From an uncultured Pseudobdellovibrionaceae bacterium (GTDB taxonomy: Bacteria > Bdellovibrionota > FAC87 > UBA2466), in NCBI GenBank assembly GCA_964603655.1, contig CAZRVZ010000045.1:790-64789 (forward strand): a stretch of DNA of 64,000 nucleotides, written 5' to 3'. The notes under the pieces were generated by a model, which had not been told where the DNA came from, searched no databases, and saw nothing but the letters and a program-made list of their open reading frames with translations. This document shows positions 10,494 to 20,709 of this stretch, piece after piece. The position numbers were made by a program, and so were the translations under genes. Within the stretch, counting starts at the first letter, position 1, and each line of letters starts with the position of its first letter.

Positions 10494-12633
10494 ATTTCTC
10501 CCTGGAATTTTTTCCTATCGGCAGAGCGCCTCGCGCCTCTTTTGAGATTGGAATGTGAATTACAAATCGCGATCCTGTGCCGGCTGTGGCACCACCTGCC
10601 GCCAACGACACTCTTGCGGAGTGCGCCGTGATAGTCCCGCCCATACCCTCAATCAAGCGACGGCAAATGGCCAGCCCCAAACCAGTTCCCTTTGGCTTGG
10701 TCGTATGAAACGGCAGAAAAATTCGAGGCATTTCCTCCTGTGGAATTCCCGGGCCGTTGTCTAAAACTTCGATCTCGAGCTGTGGCTTTCCCTCCCCCAA
10801 GAACTCCGCACCCCACCCCTCTAGAAGCTTATAGATAGGCAACTGATCCTTAAGACCAGAAAACGGCCTTGGCCTAAGCTCCTTGAGGCTAACGGTAATT
10901 TCGGCGGCGCGGCCGCTACCGCTGACAGCCTGAATTGCATTGAGAAACAGATTGACCAGAACCTGTTTGAGCGCCTCGGGATCCACGGGCAGGCGAACAG
11001 TAGGTGCGCCGCGAATCTCAATCTTCGCATCGCTTTGAAACAAACGCATGGTGTGCTCAACCACCTGAAGGGGATCGCATACCGCTAGCGGAGGGCTTCG
11101 CCTAGGCTTGGCATAGTCCAGAATATTGGTCACCACATCGGAGAGCCGGTCCGTTTCCTCAATGATGATGCGAATAAACTCGCTGCTATCGACATGCGGA
11201 TCGCGCAACAACTCGGCGGCCCCCCGGATGGCGCCCAGAGGGTTCTTAATTTCATGTGCCAGTCCCGCGGCCAACTCTCCTACAGCAGCCAACTTCTCTC
11301 GATTGCTCGTCCGCTCGAAGATCAGTGAGTTTTTGAGTATCACCGCAATCTGGCGCGACACTGGAAAAAACAGGCGCAGCTGATCATTAGTAAGAAGGAT
11401 CACTTCACCCATGCTGGCTGCGCAAAACCCGACCATTCTGGAATCGTGGGTAAAAGGAACCACAACATCAATGCCGAGCCGTCTCATCGTTTCAGTCACC
11501 GATTCGCAAAACCGAATCGGAGAGGTGGAGTGAAATGACTCCCGATCGTTTTCCACTGTTTCCAGCACAAATGGACGACCCCGACGAAGAGCAATGTATT
11601 CAACCATCGGACCGCTTGCCGAAATTTCTCGAACTCCACCCACCTCGGCAAAACTCAAACCATCGGCTTGAACCAAAAAGAGCGCGGCATCCTTTACACC
11701 CAAAGATTTTTTCAAGGTGTGTGTGATCCGGACACTCAACTCGCTCGAATCCACAATTCCCATCAAATCACAGGATAGAAGGCCGAGTTCTCGTTCCAGA
11801 GCATTGTGCCTCTCCAAGAATAGCCTTCGGGTCACTCGAGAGGTAAAGTTTCGAATCGGATCAAACAATATGATGATTCCAAATGACGCAATCAGGGTAT
11901 TAAAGAATAAAAGCCCGGGCCGGTCTCCAACCCAGCTCACCAATAGGAAATAAAATGACGCCAGAATTACGGCAATTCCACCAAAAAGCGCGACCTTGGC
12001 GACGACCTCCTGGGCCGTCATCAGTTCTCGCTGAATGAATAGCTGAAAGATAAAAACGAGATAAAGCGTTCGGGCCAGAGTTCCGAGCTCGGGGACACCG
12101 AATCCCGACACCTCGAGCACGTTGGTTAGGTGAAATCCCAATACGAAAACGGCGCCCCAGACCACATGACGGTAACGCGTTTTCTCCCGAGGCAGGAGAC
12201 TCTCGCGCTCGGCCCGGGCCAGAGTGCCCACCCACAAAACGGCTGGAAAAATAAAACAGAGCTCACTCGCAATTCCTACAAGCCACTGGGTCGTTGCATA
12301 CCGGTTTGACAACATCCAAGCCACGGCTGCCGCAAAAAGCGGGAGATAAAACCATGTCCATTTTCTCAGCCTCTTGCGCTCTTGTGGAATGAGCTCCGAC
12401 AAGAACCACAGTGCGGCCGGCCCCAGACCAATATTCACCAACGAATGAAAGCGACCGGGCTCGGCTCCTCCGAAACCCTCCACTACCCGAAACGCGTCCG
12501 AAACAAACAGCAATGACGAGAACGCTCCGAAGGCGATGCAGAGGCGACTCTGAAAATTTCTCATGAGGGCCGCGACACAAAGGCTGATGTCCACAAACGC
12601 CGCAATAATCGCGCTGATACTTCCAATCCCCAT
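10468..12633 (-). CDS. sensor histidine kinase with polytopic N-terminal membrane domain
   Basis: At least 8 predicted TM helices. HisKA H-box LAHEIKNPLGAI. HATPase_c with D/G boxes (DNGPGIP, GTGLGLAI). Overlaps its cognate regulator by 26 nt. Confidence 0.8.
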   Translation of the reverse strand: MGIGSISAIIAAFVDISLCVAALMRNFQSRLCIAFGAFSSLLFVSDAFRVVEGFGGAEPGRFHSLVNIGLGPAALWFLSELIPQERKRLRKWTWFYLPLFAAAVAWMLSNRYATTQWLVGIASELCFIFPAVLWVGTLARAERESLLPREKTRYRHVVWGAVFVLGFHLTNVLEVSGFGVPELGTLARTLYLVFIFQLFIQRELMTAQEVVAKVALFGGIAVILASFYFLLVSWVGDRPGLLFFNTLIASFGIIILFDPIRNFTSRVTRRLFLERHNALERELGLLSCDLMGIVDSSELSVRITHTLKKSLGVKDAALFLVQADGLSFAEVGGVREISASGPMVEYIALRRGRPFVLETVENDRESFHSTSPIRFCESVTETMRRLGIDVVVPFTHDSRMVGFCAASMGEVILLTNDQLRLFFPVSRQIAVILKNSLIFERTSNREKLAAVGELAAGLAHEIKNPLGAIRGAAELLRDPHVDSSEFIRIIIEETDRLSDVVTNILDYAKPRRSPPLAVCDPLQVVEHTMRLFQSDAKIEIRGAPTVRLPVDPEALKQVLVNLFLNAIQAVSGSGRAAEITVSLKELRPRPFSGLKDQLPIYKLLEGWGAEFLGEGKPQLEIEVLDNGPGIPQEEMPRIFLPFHTTKPKGTGLGLAICRRLIEGMGGTITAHSARVSLAAGGATAGTGSRFVIHIPISKEARGALPIGKNSREKYGDENIDC

Positions 12634-12698
12634 TGCTAGCTAACTATCACGACCACCCTTAGGGTGCCAACGTCGGGTACCAAACACGCGGAAGACGT

Positions 12699-14231
12699 TT
12701 ACGCTGGGGGAAAAATGCCGGTAGCCTTGCAGGTATTTCGGTACAGAATTCCGCCAAAGCCTCGCACGTAATAAGGCGATTCCCATCCAAAAATTTTGAA
12801 CCGCTGCACGCTTCGATGATCAGCCACTAGCTCATAACAACTGGGTGTCCAGTAGCACATACCGCTTCGCGGCAGAGCCTCCGCCCGCTTCGAGAAGACC
12901 TGAAAGGTTTGCGATTCGCTAATCCAGGCATAGTCGTAATGGGTGTGAACGGACCGGCAGACAAAATCCAAATTGTCCCCGGCCCCAGTCGGAACCGAAA
13001 AAAAACTATCGGCACCGATCACCAATCGCGCTCCTCTATCCGTATATGGTTTTAGCAGAACTCGAACTGCGGAAAGCCCCTGACTGTCCACTCGCGTAAT
13101 ACCGTCAAAACACAGCTTCCCCTCGCGACCCAGCATCAACGAAATACTGGCCACCAGCCCACAGATCATTAACAGTGCGGTTAGTTTCGAGCGAACCAAG
13201 ATTATTTTGGATAGGAGAACAATCATTAAAAGGCAGCAGCTAAACCATAAATATAACGGTTCAATCGAAAACACTATTATAGAAAGAGCCGCACAAACTA
13301 TAGCGCAAATTAATAACTCCATCTGATGACTCACCTTCACCGCGTACCACCAGGCATTGAGTCCAATGAGTATGCCCAGACACAAAAAAAACGGCGCCCC
13401 CATCATCACCGACTGTTTCAAGTGAAATAGAAAAGACGCCACCCCACTGGTCCCCATTCGTGCATGTTCCGACCGATTGGCATACGGAAGTGCATTATAT
13501 TTAACGCCAATCAAAAAGCGTTCCAGCGCCGTGGGATCAACCCAAAGAACCGGTGCAATCACCAGTCCAAATACCCCGAGCGATACCAATCCAATAACTA
13601 CCAGCCTCCTCGGGTTTCGCCGTATCCACCAGAAAACGTGTAACACCGCCGCAAATAGACCGGCGGTCGGGGAGACGGCCGCCGCCAATCCCAAAAGTAC
13701 TCCCCCCAAGACCGCCCCCGATAGCCAACCGCCGCGCTCCAAAACTTCCGTTACGTAAAGACTCGTTAAAGCAAGGACAAACCCCATTTCATCAGGGCGG
13801 TCCTCATTGTTGGGAAGCCAGGTAGAAATCCATAGAAATAAAAAAACTGCGGACAACTTGGTTGAGTTTTCAAATGTCGATTTGCCCACTAATCGGCTGA
13901 TCCAGAGCAAAATGACAAGAGCCCGGGCTAATCGCCATAAACTATCAAACAAAACCGAGGTACCATAGTGGTTACCGAAACACTTCACCCAAACGCCGTA
14001 AATAGTCGGAAAAAGAGGCGGGTAGAAGGCGTAAACTTCACGGGTGTCGACCGCAGAATTGGGCATGTTGACGCTAGTGAGTGTGCCGCGCGTCGCCAAT
14101 TCTACCCCGGGTAACTTGAATTGAAAAATATCGGGTCCCGGAAACCGGGTTTCAAAATAGATTATAAAACCCTGTGCGACGCACCACGCTAGAAGAAAGC
14201 CGATACACAGGATTGTCGTTCTGTTACGCAT
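12699..14231 (-). CDS. polytopic membrane protein, putative GT-C-type glycosyltransferase-like
   Basis: 510 aa with about 12 TM helices and a soluble C-terminal domain. Its architecture resembles the ArnT/PMT/DUF2029-like families. No decisive motif. Confidence 0.35.
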   Translation of the reverse strand: MRNRTTILCIGFLLAWCVAQGFIIYFETRFPGPDIFQFKLPGVELATRGTLTSVNMPNSAVDTREVYAFYPPLFPTIYGVWVKCFGNHYGTSVLFDSLWRLARALVILLWISRLVGKSTFENSTKLSAVFLFLWISTWLPNNEDRPDEMGFVLALTSLYVTEVLERGGWLSGAVLGGVLLGLAAAVSPTAGLFAAVLHVFWWIRRNPRRLVVIGLVSLGVFGLVIAPVLWVDPTALERFLIGVKYNALPYANRSEHARMGTSGVASFLFHLKQSVMMGAPFFLCLGILIGLNAWWYAVKVSHQMELLICAIVCAALSIIVFSIEPLYLWFSCCLLMIVLLSKIILVRSKLTALLMICGLVASISLMLGREGKLCFDGITRVDSQGLSAVRVLLKPYTDRGARLVIGADSFFSVPTGAGDNLDFVCRSVHTHYDYAWISESQTFQVFSKRAEALPRSGMCYWTPSCYELVADHRSVQRFKIFGWESPYYVRGFGGILYRNTCKATGIFPPA

Positions 14232-14395
14232 TACCGATGAATGATTGGATAGATTACCACAGTTGACCTGCTCTCTCTAACTCATCGCCCGCACCGAAAT
14301 CACAGCCCCTGAGCGGCCCCTCAACCGCTTAATTGAATAAAAGTAAGAATTAGCTCATAATTCAGAGTAGTCCTTCCTTATTCAAGCCATATCCT

Positions 14396-15373
14396 GTGAG
14401 CCTGTTTAAACTTAAAGTTAGCGCTCCCAATGTGCGCGTGAATATTCCAACGCGCGGCCTCAATCTCGACACCCAGTCGCGTTGTATCTGGGCGGTAGGC
14501 GGCGGGAAGGGCGGCATCGGAAAGACGCTTCTCACCTCCAATATCGCAGTCTATCTCAGCTGGTTAAATAAGCGCGTGGTCGTGGTCGACATGGATCTCG
14601 GCGGAGCCAATCTTCATACGAGCCTCGGAGTCGATCCGCCCTCACGCACCTTAAGCGATTTGGTACTGGGACGAGTCGAGAATATTTCAGAGATCATTCA
14701 ACCAACGCCCCTAAAGAATCTTTCTCTAATTAGTGGCGCCCAGGACCCTGTTGGAATCGCAAATATGCGGCACATGCAAAAAGCTCGACTCCTCAGAAAG
14801 TTTCGTGAAATCGACGCCGACTTTGTACTACTCGATCTGGGCGCTGGAACGGCGACGAATACCTTGGATTTTTTTCTGCTGGCAGACAAAAAAATTGTTG
14901 TCGTAACGCCAGAGCCCACGAGTATCGAAAATGCCTACCGATTTATCAAATCGGCCTTTTACCGAATGCTTCGATCCTCTACCTCATCGCCTTATGTAAG
15001 ACAGCTCATTGAAACCGCCATGGATGCCAAAAACTCCCGCGGAATCAAGACTCCCAAGGATTTACTTAGCGAGGTGGCCCGACTCTCACCGACGGACGGT
15101 CACGACCTCGAAAACCGGATGCGCCAGTTTTCCATCTCGCTGATTGTAAACCAGGTTCGAATCAAGGCCGAATCCGATATTGGCAAATCGGTACAGATGG
15201 TCTGCGAAAGGTATTTCGGCATGTCCGTTGATAATCTTGGATACCTCCCCTATGATAACGCTGTTTGGCAATCCATTCGTCGGCGCAGGCCGTTTCTGCT
15301 TGAAGCGCCGAACTGCACCGCAGTCATTCATTTGGAGGAGATTTTACGCAATCTACTTCGACCGAAATCATGA
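14396..15373 (+). CDS. MinD/ParA-family P-loop ATPase
   Basis: Deviant Walker A GGGKGGIGKT. VVVDMDLG (Walker A') and LLDLGAG (Walker B) MinD/ParA/FlhG signatures. The N-terminal extension of about 30 aa leaves the start uncertain. Confidence 0.7.
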   Translation: MSLFKLKVSAPNVRVNIPTRGLNLDTQSRCIWAVGGGKGGIGKTLLTSNIAVYLSWLNKRVVVVDMDLGGANLHTSLGVDPPSRTLSDLVLGRVENISEIIQPTPLKNLSLISGAQDPVGIANMRHMQKARLLRKFREIDADFVLLDLGAGTATNTLDFFLLADKKIVVVTPEPTSIENAYRFIKSAFYRMLRSSTSSPYVRQLIETAMDAKNSRGIKTPKDLLSEVARLSPTDGHDLENRMRQFSISLIVNQVRIKAESDIGKSVQMVCERYFGMSVDNLGYLPYDNAVWQSIRRRRPFLLEAPNCTAVIHLEEILRNLLRPKS

Positions 15374-15987
15374 AAAAGCAGAACGATACCTTTTACGAGC
15401 TGCTCAAGGTACAGCGCACCGCCAATGTCGCTGAAATTGTTGCGGCATATCACACAGCGCGAAGCGCTTTTTCCAAGGACTCGGTGGCCACCTACTCTCT
15501 TTTTTCGGCCGAAGAAATCCAAATTGAGCTCACCCAACTCGAAGAGGCCTACCTCACACTCTCCAATATCGATAAAAAGCGAGAGTATGACAGGCGCCTG
15601 ACACTCAAGGGGCCGGAACTAGCCAAACAACCTGCCGCACTCAATCCATTAAGACAGGCCGGCGGCGCCGCGCCGAAACAGGACGAGCCCGTTGAGGCTT
15701 CGCCACCACCAGAACCACCGCGCACTGACGACATGTCCGGATCGTTTTTGAAACAAATGCGAATGCACTGGGGACTGAGCCTGGATGACGTCGCCCGCAT
15801 CACGAAGATTCCTGCGAAGTTTATTCGCTCAATTGAGGCCGAGGACATCAAAATGTTACCGGCACGCGTTTACGTTCAGGGATTCATCAAGAATTTGGCC
15901 ACCCTTTACAAGCTCGACCCCAAGACAACTGCTTCCTCCTATTTGAATTCCATCGACAGCCGAACGAAAGAAATTTGGAAAGAATAA
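15370..15987 (+). CDS. RodZ-like helix-turn-helix protein with J-domain-like N-terminus
   Basis: C-terminal FLKQMRMHWGLSLDDVARITKIPAKFIRSIE matches the RodZ/XRE HTH. N-terminal YELLKVQRTANVAEIVAAYHTARSAF resembles a J-domain helix but lacks HPD. ATGA overlap with the upstream ATPase. Confidence 0.45.
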   Translation: MKKQNDTFYELLKVQRTANVAEIVAAYHTARSAFSKDSVATYSLFSAEEIQIELTQLEEAYLTLSNIDKKREYDRRLTLKGPELAKQPAALNPLRQAGGAAPKQDEPVEASPPPEPPRTDDMSGSFLKQMRMHWGLSLDDVARITKIPAKFIRSIEAEDIKMLPARVYVQGFIKNLATLYKLDPKTTASSYLNSIDSRTKEIWKE

Positions 15988-16931
15988 TCGATCTCATTCT
16001 CACCGACTCGGGACGCCTAGACGCCGTCTTGTCAAAAATAATGGGCGTTAGCCGAGCACTCATCACCGAAAATATTCAAAGAGGCAACCTACTTATCAAT
16101 GGCAGCGTTATCACCAAGCCTAGTCAAACTGTTAAAGAGGGAGATAAGGCATCGGGGATTGTGAACGACCCGCGGCAACATTCCCTCGAACCGGTCGAGT
16201 CCAGACTAGACATTCTCTTTGAAGACGATGCACTGCTAATACTCAATAAGCCCCAAGGGGTCGTCGTTCACCCTGCGTCCAGCCATCGGGGAGACACGCT
16301 CGTTCATCACGTTCTCTACCATCTGAAATCGCTCCCTGATTTCAAAACTCTTTCGGATCTTCGCCCAGGCATCATTCACCGTTTGGACAAGGGAACCAGC
16401 GGTGTCATCTTAATCGCTAAGAATCGCCAGGCCCTGGATTTTGTTTCAAAACAATTCAAGGCTAGGACTGTCGATAAACAATATGAATGTCTCGTGTGGG
16501 GTACGGTTGGGGAGTCTGGCTCGTACACGCAAGCCATCGGACGAAGCACTCTGGATCCCAAGCGCATGAGCCTCAAGTCTCGCTCGCTCCGCGCCGCCAC
16601 GACTCACTGGAAACGACTCCACCTATTCAAACATTTTTCTCACCTCGAGGTATATCCGAAGACCGGCCGCACTCACCAGATTCGCGTCCACCTCTCCCAG
16701 GCGGGACACCCCATCGTGGGCGATGGGCTTTATGGCAGACCCAATATCCAAAAGAGAATTTCACCGCCCCCTGATGTCTCCGACTTAATCCAGACCGTAA
16801 CCGACACTTTTCTGCATGCACGCCACATCACGTTCGTTCATCCCGTTACGCTCTCACCGATCTCGATAGAGGCGAAAAGACCACCTCTCTTTGACAAAAT
16901 GCTAGACCTTTTAAATTCTTACGACCAATGA
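15975..16931 (+). CDS. rluD: RluA-family 23S rRNA pseudouridine synthase (RluD-like)
   Basis: S4 domain N-terminus. Catalytic HRLDKGTSGVILIAKN motif. GDGLYG C-terminal motif. Confidence 0.85.
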   Translation: MERIIDLILTDSGRLDAVLSKIMGVSRALITENIQRGNLLINGSVITKPSQTVKEGDKASGIVNDPRQHSLEPVESRLDILFEDDALLILNKPQGVVVHPASSHRGDTLVHHVLYHLKSLPDFKTLSDLRPGIIHRLDKGTSGVILIAKNRQALDFVSKQFKARTVDKQYECLVWGTVGESGSYTQAIGRSTLDPKRMSLKSRSLRAATTHWKRLHLFKHFSHLEVYPKTGRTHQIRVHLSQAGHPIVGDGLYGRPNIQKRISPPPDVSDLIQTVTDTFLHARHITFVHPVTLSPISIEAKRPPLFDKMLDLLNSYDQ

Positions 16932-17542
16932 TCAATTATGGATTTGAGTTTGAAAAAAGGGGCCAGTCACCAGCGCTCATCGAGCAGACTCACGGAAACA
17001 CGGCCGTGTTGGCGTGGCACGAGAATCCGCCACCAAATCCCCTACCAATCGCTGATGCGATCTATATTTCTAAACCCGATTACCCTATTTACATATTCAC
17101 CGCCGACTGCCTACCCGTACTCATGCACGGTTCTTCCCCGGACGATCCTATCGCCGCGATTCATTGCGGCTGGCGTGGAGCACTGGCACAAATTGTGACC
17201 AAGACGCGTGATGCAATAAAAATACCACCGGAAAGACTGCGTGCCATCTTGGGTCCGTGCATCCGCGCGTGCTGTTTTGAGGTAAAATCGGATTTTATCG
17301 AGGCATTTCAAACTCGCGGTTATAGTATTAACCGCTATCTGGACCGGCGGAACCTGAAAGACTACTTTGATCTTTCGCGGTGGGTAATTGACACTCAGCT
17401 GGCTAATATTTCACCGACTGGAATCACCCAAGACGGTCGTTGCACAGTTTGCCATGCCGACCGGATGCCAAGCTTTCGTCGGGATAAAACGACTGACCCG
17501 CGAATTCGGGCGTGGATTTGCAAGACCTCGCCCACGCCATAA
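16928..17542 (+). CDS. pgeF: purine nucleoside phosphorylase/laccase-domain protein YfiH/PgeF
   Basis: ADCLPV and HCGWRG motifs. C-terminal CTVCHADRMPSFRRD Cys/His site. The rluD-pgeF pairing is conserved. Confidence 0.8.
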   Translation: MINYGFEFEKRGQSPALIEQTHGNTAVLAWHENPPPNPLPIADAIYISKPDYPIYIFTADCLPVLMHGSSPDDPIAAIHCGWRGALAQIVTKTRDAIKIPPERLRAILGPCIRACCFEVKSDFIEAFQTRGYSINRYLDRRNLKDYFDLSRWVIDTQLANISPTGITQDGRCTVCHADRMPSFRRDKTTDPRIRAWICKTSPTP

Positions 17543-17930
17543 CTAACGCATCCCCCACGCCCCCATAATACCGGCGTCTTCGTCCAACTGCCTCAAATCC
17601 CACACTCCTGTAAAGGGCGATGGCTGGCGCATTAGATTCAGCCACCTCGAGTGATGCTGCATGAACTGTGTCTGATGCCAACCAGACACTCACAATCTCT
17701 TTCCCCAGGCCCAGACGCCGCTGTCCTTGGCTCACGGACACCGCGATGATATCCAGTGCACCCTGCACCAATAGCGCCAGCCCGAAGCCCTGAGCTTCGT
17801 CGTCTCTGCGACACTCCAGGTTAAAAGCACACGCGTGGTTTAAGAAAAACTGCAAATCACGACGGGAGTAGTTTTCAAATCCAATCGCCGCGACGGCGTT
17901 GAGATTGCCAGGTGCCAGTGGCCCAATCAC
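17424..17930 (-). CDS. rimI: GNAT N-acetyltransferase (RimI-like)
   Basis: QGQRRLGLGKEIV acetyl-CoA-binding motif and YRSVGFE. A C-terminal extension of about 40 aa overlaps the pgeF 3' end. Confidence 0.6.
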   Translation of the reverse strand: MIGPLAPGNLNAVAAIGFENYSRRDLQFFLNHACAFNLECRRDDEAQGFGLALLVQGALDIIAVSVSQGQRRLGLGKEIVSVWLASDTVHAASLEVAESNAPAIALYRSVGFEAVGRRRRYYGGVGDALVMAWARSCKSTPEFAGQSFYPDESLASGRHGKLCNDRLG

Positions 17931-18580
17931 CCGCCCCCTCCCAATAGATTAACCACGGCATACTTTTCCTGCAGGAAACGTATCCACTGAGCCAGCGATT
18001 TTTCCACCTGCTTTTTCTGCAACAGCGTTCGAATACCGGCGCGCTGTGACTCCAAAGTTTCGGTCTTAATCTTGTTATTCTGTTCGAAGTACCGCTCAAC
18101 TTCGGTATCGGTAATGATGGGGGTGAACGTTTCGATCTTTTTCTCCAAAAACTCCTCGACCTCCAGTCGCCGCCAAACAGCATCGACAACATCGGCCTCA
18201 GTCTTTCCATAGGTCACAAATAACTTGCGCCAATCCTTGGTATTCTTTTTTAGAGTATTCCATTGCCCGACGGCCTTCGAACGCAATGAAAAATCTATCT
18301 TAAGGCTCTTCATCTCACCCATGACCATCTGCTCAAACAAAAGCCGATTCACCCCCCGTTTGAGATCCTCAATAGCTACCGGCTGTAATGAAAACCCCTT
18401 GCCATCTACCAGATTTCGGATGTTTTGGAAAAAATAGGCATCCTGGACCGTGTAAAGATCATTGCCAACTGCGGCGGCGGTTCCAGCGATGACCACCCTA
18501 CCTGGCGTTTCAGACGGGGCACCAATCAAGGCGAATCCAAATAGGAACGCTAGTAGTCCAAAATGCACGGCATTACCCAT
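17927..18580 (-). CDS. periplasmic SurA N-terminal-domain-like chaperone protein
   Basis: Signal peptide MGNAVHFGLLAFLFGFALIGAPS. Helical, chaperone-like body. ATG at 18580 overlaps the ridA stop (ATGGGTAA). Confidence 0.4.
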   Translation of the reverse strand: MGNAVHFGLLAFLFGFALIGAPSETPGRVVIAGTAAAVGNDLYTVQDAYFFQNIRNLVDGKGFSLQPVAIEDLKRGVNRLLFEQMVMGEMKSLKIDFSLRSKAVGQWNTLKKNTKDWRKLFVTYGKTEADVVDAVWRRLEVEEFLEKKIETFTPIITDTEVERYFEQNNKIKTETLESQRAGIRTLLQKKQVEKSLAQWIRFLQEKYAVVNLLGGGG

Positions 18581-18953
18581 CGACTTCCGCGATGGATTCG
18601 ATCTCAACTAAGACCTGTTTGGGAAGTTCCGCCACCTCAACTGTCGACCGGGCCGGAAAGGGGCTTCTAAAGTGCTTGGCGTAGACTTCATTAAATCGGG
18701 CAAATTCACTCATATTCTTTAAAAACACTGTGGTCTTGCAAACCTGGTTCAACGAAGAATTACTTGCCTCGAGGAGTCCTCGAATATTCTTAAGGACCTG
18801 CTCGGTCTGCTCCTCGATGGTTGTACCAACAATTTTCATCGATACCGGATCAAGCGGGATCTGACCTGATAGAAACACAAGGTTTCCCACGCGCACAGCC
18901 TGCGAATAAGGACCAATCGCAGCCGGGGCGAGTGCTGTTGAAATAGGCTTCAC
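18573..18953 (-). CDS. ridA: RidA/YjgF-family reactive-intermediate deaminase
   Basis: APAAIGPYSQAV...GQIPLDP...ARSTVEVAELP, the classical RidA sequence. Confidence 0.8.
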   Translation of the reverse strand: MKPISTALAPAAIGPYSQAVRVGNLVFLSGQIPLDPVSMKIVGTTIEEQTEQVLKNIRGLLEASNSSLNQVCKTTVFLKNMSEFARFNEVYAKHFRSPFPARSTVEVAELPKQVLVEIESIAEVDG

Positions 18954-19315
18954 GAACTCTCCTTTTCTTTGGAATTAAAAGACAGTTTCATTTCCACTTT
19001 GACATCGTGAGACTCCAAAAAACGGCTCATTTCGCGTGTGAGATCGATTTTCGCCAGAACTTTTCCAAATTCTCGACCGAAAGTTGCATAAAGGTCCTCC
19101 TTCTTTTTGCCAACATTATCGAGAATCATACCCATCAATTCCTTGGGAAGCTTAAGATCCTTGAGTTGAGTCCTGATCATATCCTCGGTCAAAAAAACGG
19201 TGGCAATTCCCGACAACGCCATTTCACGCATAAGCTCCGTCCACCAGGGCTTATCGCTCTGCGATTTTTCGCCAGTATGCTTTTCATTTTCGGTTACACT
19301 TTTAGGATCATCCAC
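18950..19315 (-). CDS. hypothetical protein
   Basis: 121-aa charged, helical ORF translationally coupled (4-nt overlaps) within the rimI-glpX minus-strand operon. Confidence 0.35.
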   Translation of the reverse strand: MDDPKSVTENEKHTGEKSQSDKPWWTELMREMALSGIATVFLTEDMIRTQLKDLKLPKELMGMILDNVGKKKEDLYATFGREFGKVLAKIDLTREMSRFLESHDVKVEMKLSFNSKEKESS

Positions 19316-19745
19316 GTGGTTTCATCTCCATCGCCCTCTTTTCAAATCGGTCAAACATCGCGGGCAGACTTACCTCAGTCAGTTTTCGCGTCACCCATCC
19401 AGGCACCAGAAAACCGAAACCCACCTCGAGCTCGTAGTGAACCTGTACGCCACCGCCCACCTCGGTCAATTTCCAAACTCCCCGATTGTCCTTAAAAAAA
19501 TTACTCTCAATCAACTTCCAAGAAACCTGGTTCGGTTTCACCAGCTTAAACTCGAGGACGTAATTGAATCTCTTGATGACCTCTAGCTCAAACTGCACTT
19601 TAACGACATCGGTTCCCGCACCTTTAGCGATGCGGGCCGACACCACCTCTGGCAGAAATGCGGGATAGTTTTCAAAATCGGTAATGCAGGCATAGAGTGA
19701 CTGCATCGATACTACCATCTCCTTGTCCCTAACAACACTAGCCAC
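19308..19745 (-). CDS. SRPBCC-family protein (RatA/CoxG-like)
   Basis: 145 aa with the YACITDFENYPAFLPEV...W.L pattern of the RatA/polyketide-cyclase SRPBCC fold. Confidence 0.6.
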   Translation of the reverse strand: MASVVRDKEMVVSMQSLYACITDFENYPAFLPEVVSARIAKGAGTDVVKVQFELEVIKRFNYVLEFKLVKPNQVSWKLIESNFFKDNRGVWKLTEVGGGVQVHYELEVGFGFLVPGWVTRKLTEVSLPAMFDRFEKRAMEMKPRG

Positions 19746-19749
19746 GTGT

Positions 19750-20709
19750 CTACCAACCGTATCTGGGTTTTGTTTGAAAATAGTGGGACGCCTGAATATC
19801 GCGAATCGTTCCTGTCTCTGATCGCATCACCACCGAATGAGTGTGTGCGCCTCCTGCAAAATACCTCACTCCCTGCAGATAACTTCCGTTGGTAATGCCG
19901 GTCGCAATGAACATGACGTTACCGCGCGCCAGATCGGTCATTTCATAAACCCGATTTTCGTTTTCAATTCCCATACTGCGCGCCCGATTACGCTCCTCGT
20001 CACTTCTAAATTTCAAAATCCCCTGAAAATCGCCCCCCATGCACCTCATGGCCGCAGCAGCTATCACGCCCTCCGGAGCACCGCCTACTCCCATCAGCAT
20101 ATCCACGCCGGTCTCCTCACGCGCGGTGGCAATTGCCGCTGAGACATCTCCGTCACCTATCAAACGAATTCTCGCTCCAGCACGGCGAACCTCCGCAATC
20201 AGATCCTGGTGGCGAGGTCTATCCAGAATAATAACCATGAGGTCGGTGACATTTTTTCCGGTCGCCGTGGCCACCGCCCGCAGGTTCCACGATGCCCCCT
20301 TCGTGATATCGATAGAGCCTTTGGCACGCGGGCCAACGGCAAGCTTGTCCATATACGTGTCGGGCGCATGAAGAAAATTACCGGCCTCGGCCGCAGCGAT
20401 TACCGAAAGGGCCTCGCTTCTTCCCAGAGCCGTGATCGTTGTACCCTCCAGCGGATCGCATGCAATATCGATCTTTGGTCCCTTTCCGGGACCCACCTTT
20501 TCGCCAATAAACAGCATGGGCGCCTCGTCCCGCTCCCCCTCACCTATCACGATGGTCCCGTCAAAAGGGATGGAATCGAAAGCCTTTCGCATTGAATCCA
20601 CGGCAGCGGCATCGGCAGCCTTCTCCTCACCCTTGCCAATCCACGGAGCTACTGCCAATGCGGCAGCTTCGGTAACACGCACAAACTCCAGGGCTAAATT
20701 TCGGTCCAT
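19750..20709 (-). CDS. glpX: class II fructose-1,6-bisphosphatase GlpX
   Basis: Full-length match to the GlpX pattern (EAAALA...GEGERDEAPML...DPLEGT...). Confidence 0.85.
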   Translation of the reverse strand: MDRNLALEFVRVTEAAALAVAPWIGKGEEKAADAAAVDSMRKAFDSIPFDGTIVIGEGERDEAPMLFIGEKVGPGKGPKIDIACDPLEGTTITALGRSEALSVIAAAEAGNFLHAPDTYMDKLAVGPRAKGSIDITKGASWNLRAVATATGKNVTDLMVIILDRPRHQDLIAEVRRAGARIRLIGDGDVSAAIATAREETGVDMLMGVGGAPEGVIAAAAMRCMGGDFQGILKFRSDEERNRARSMGIENENRVYEMTDLARGNVMFIATGITNGSYLQGVRYFAGGAHTHSVVMRSETGTIRDIQASHYFQTKPRYGW

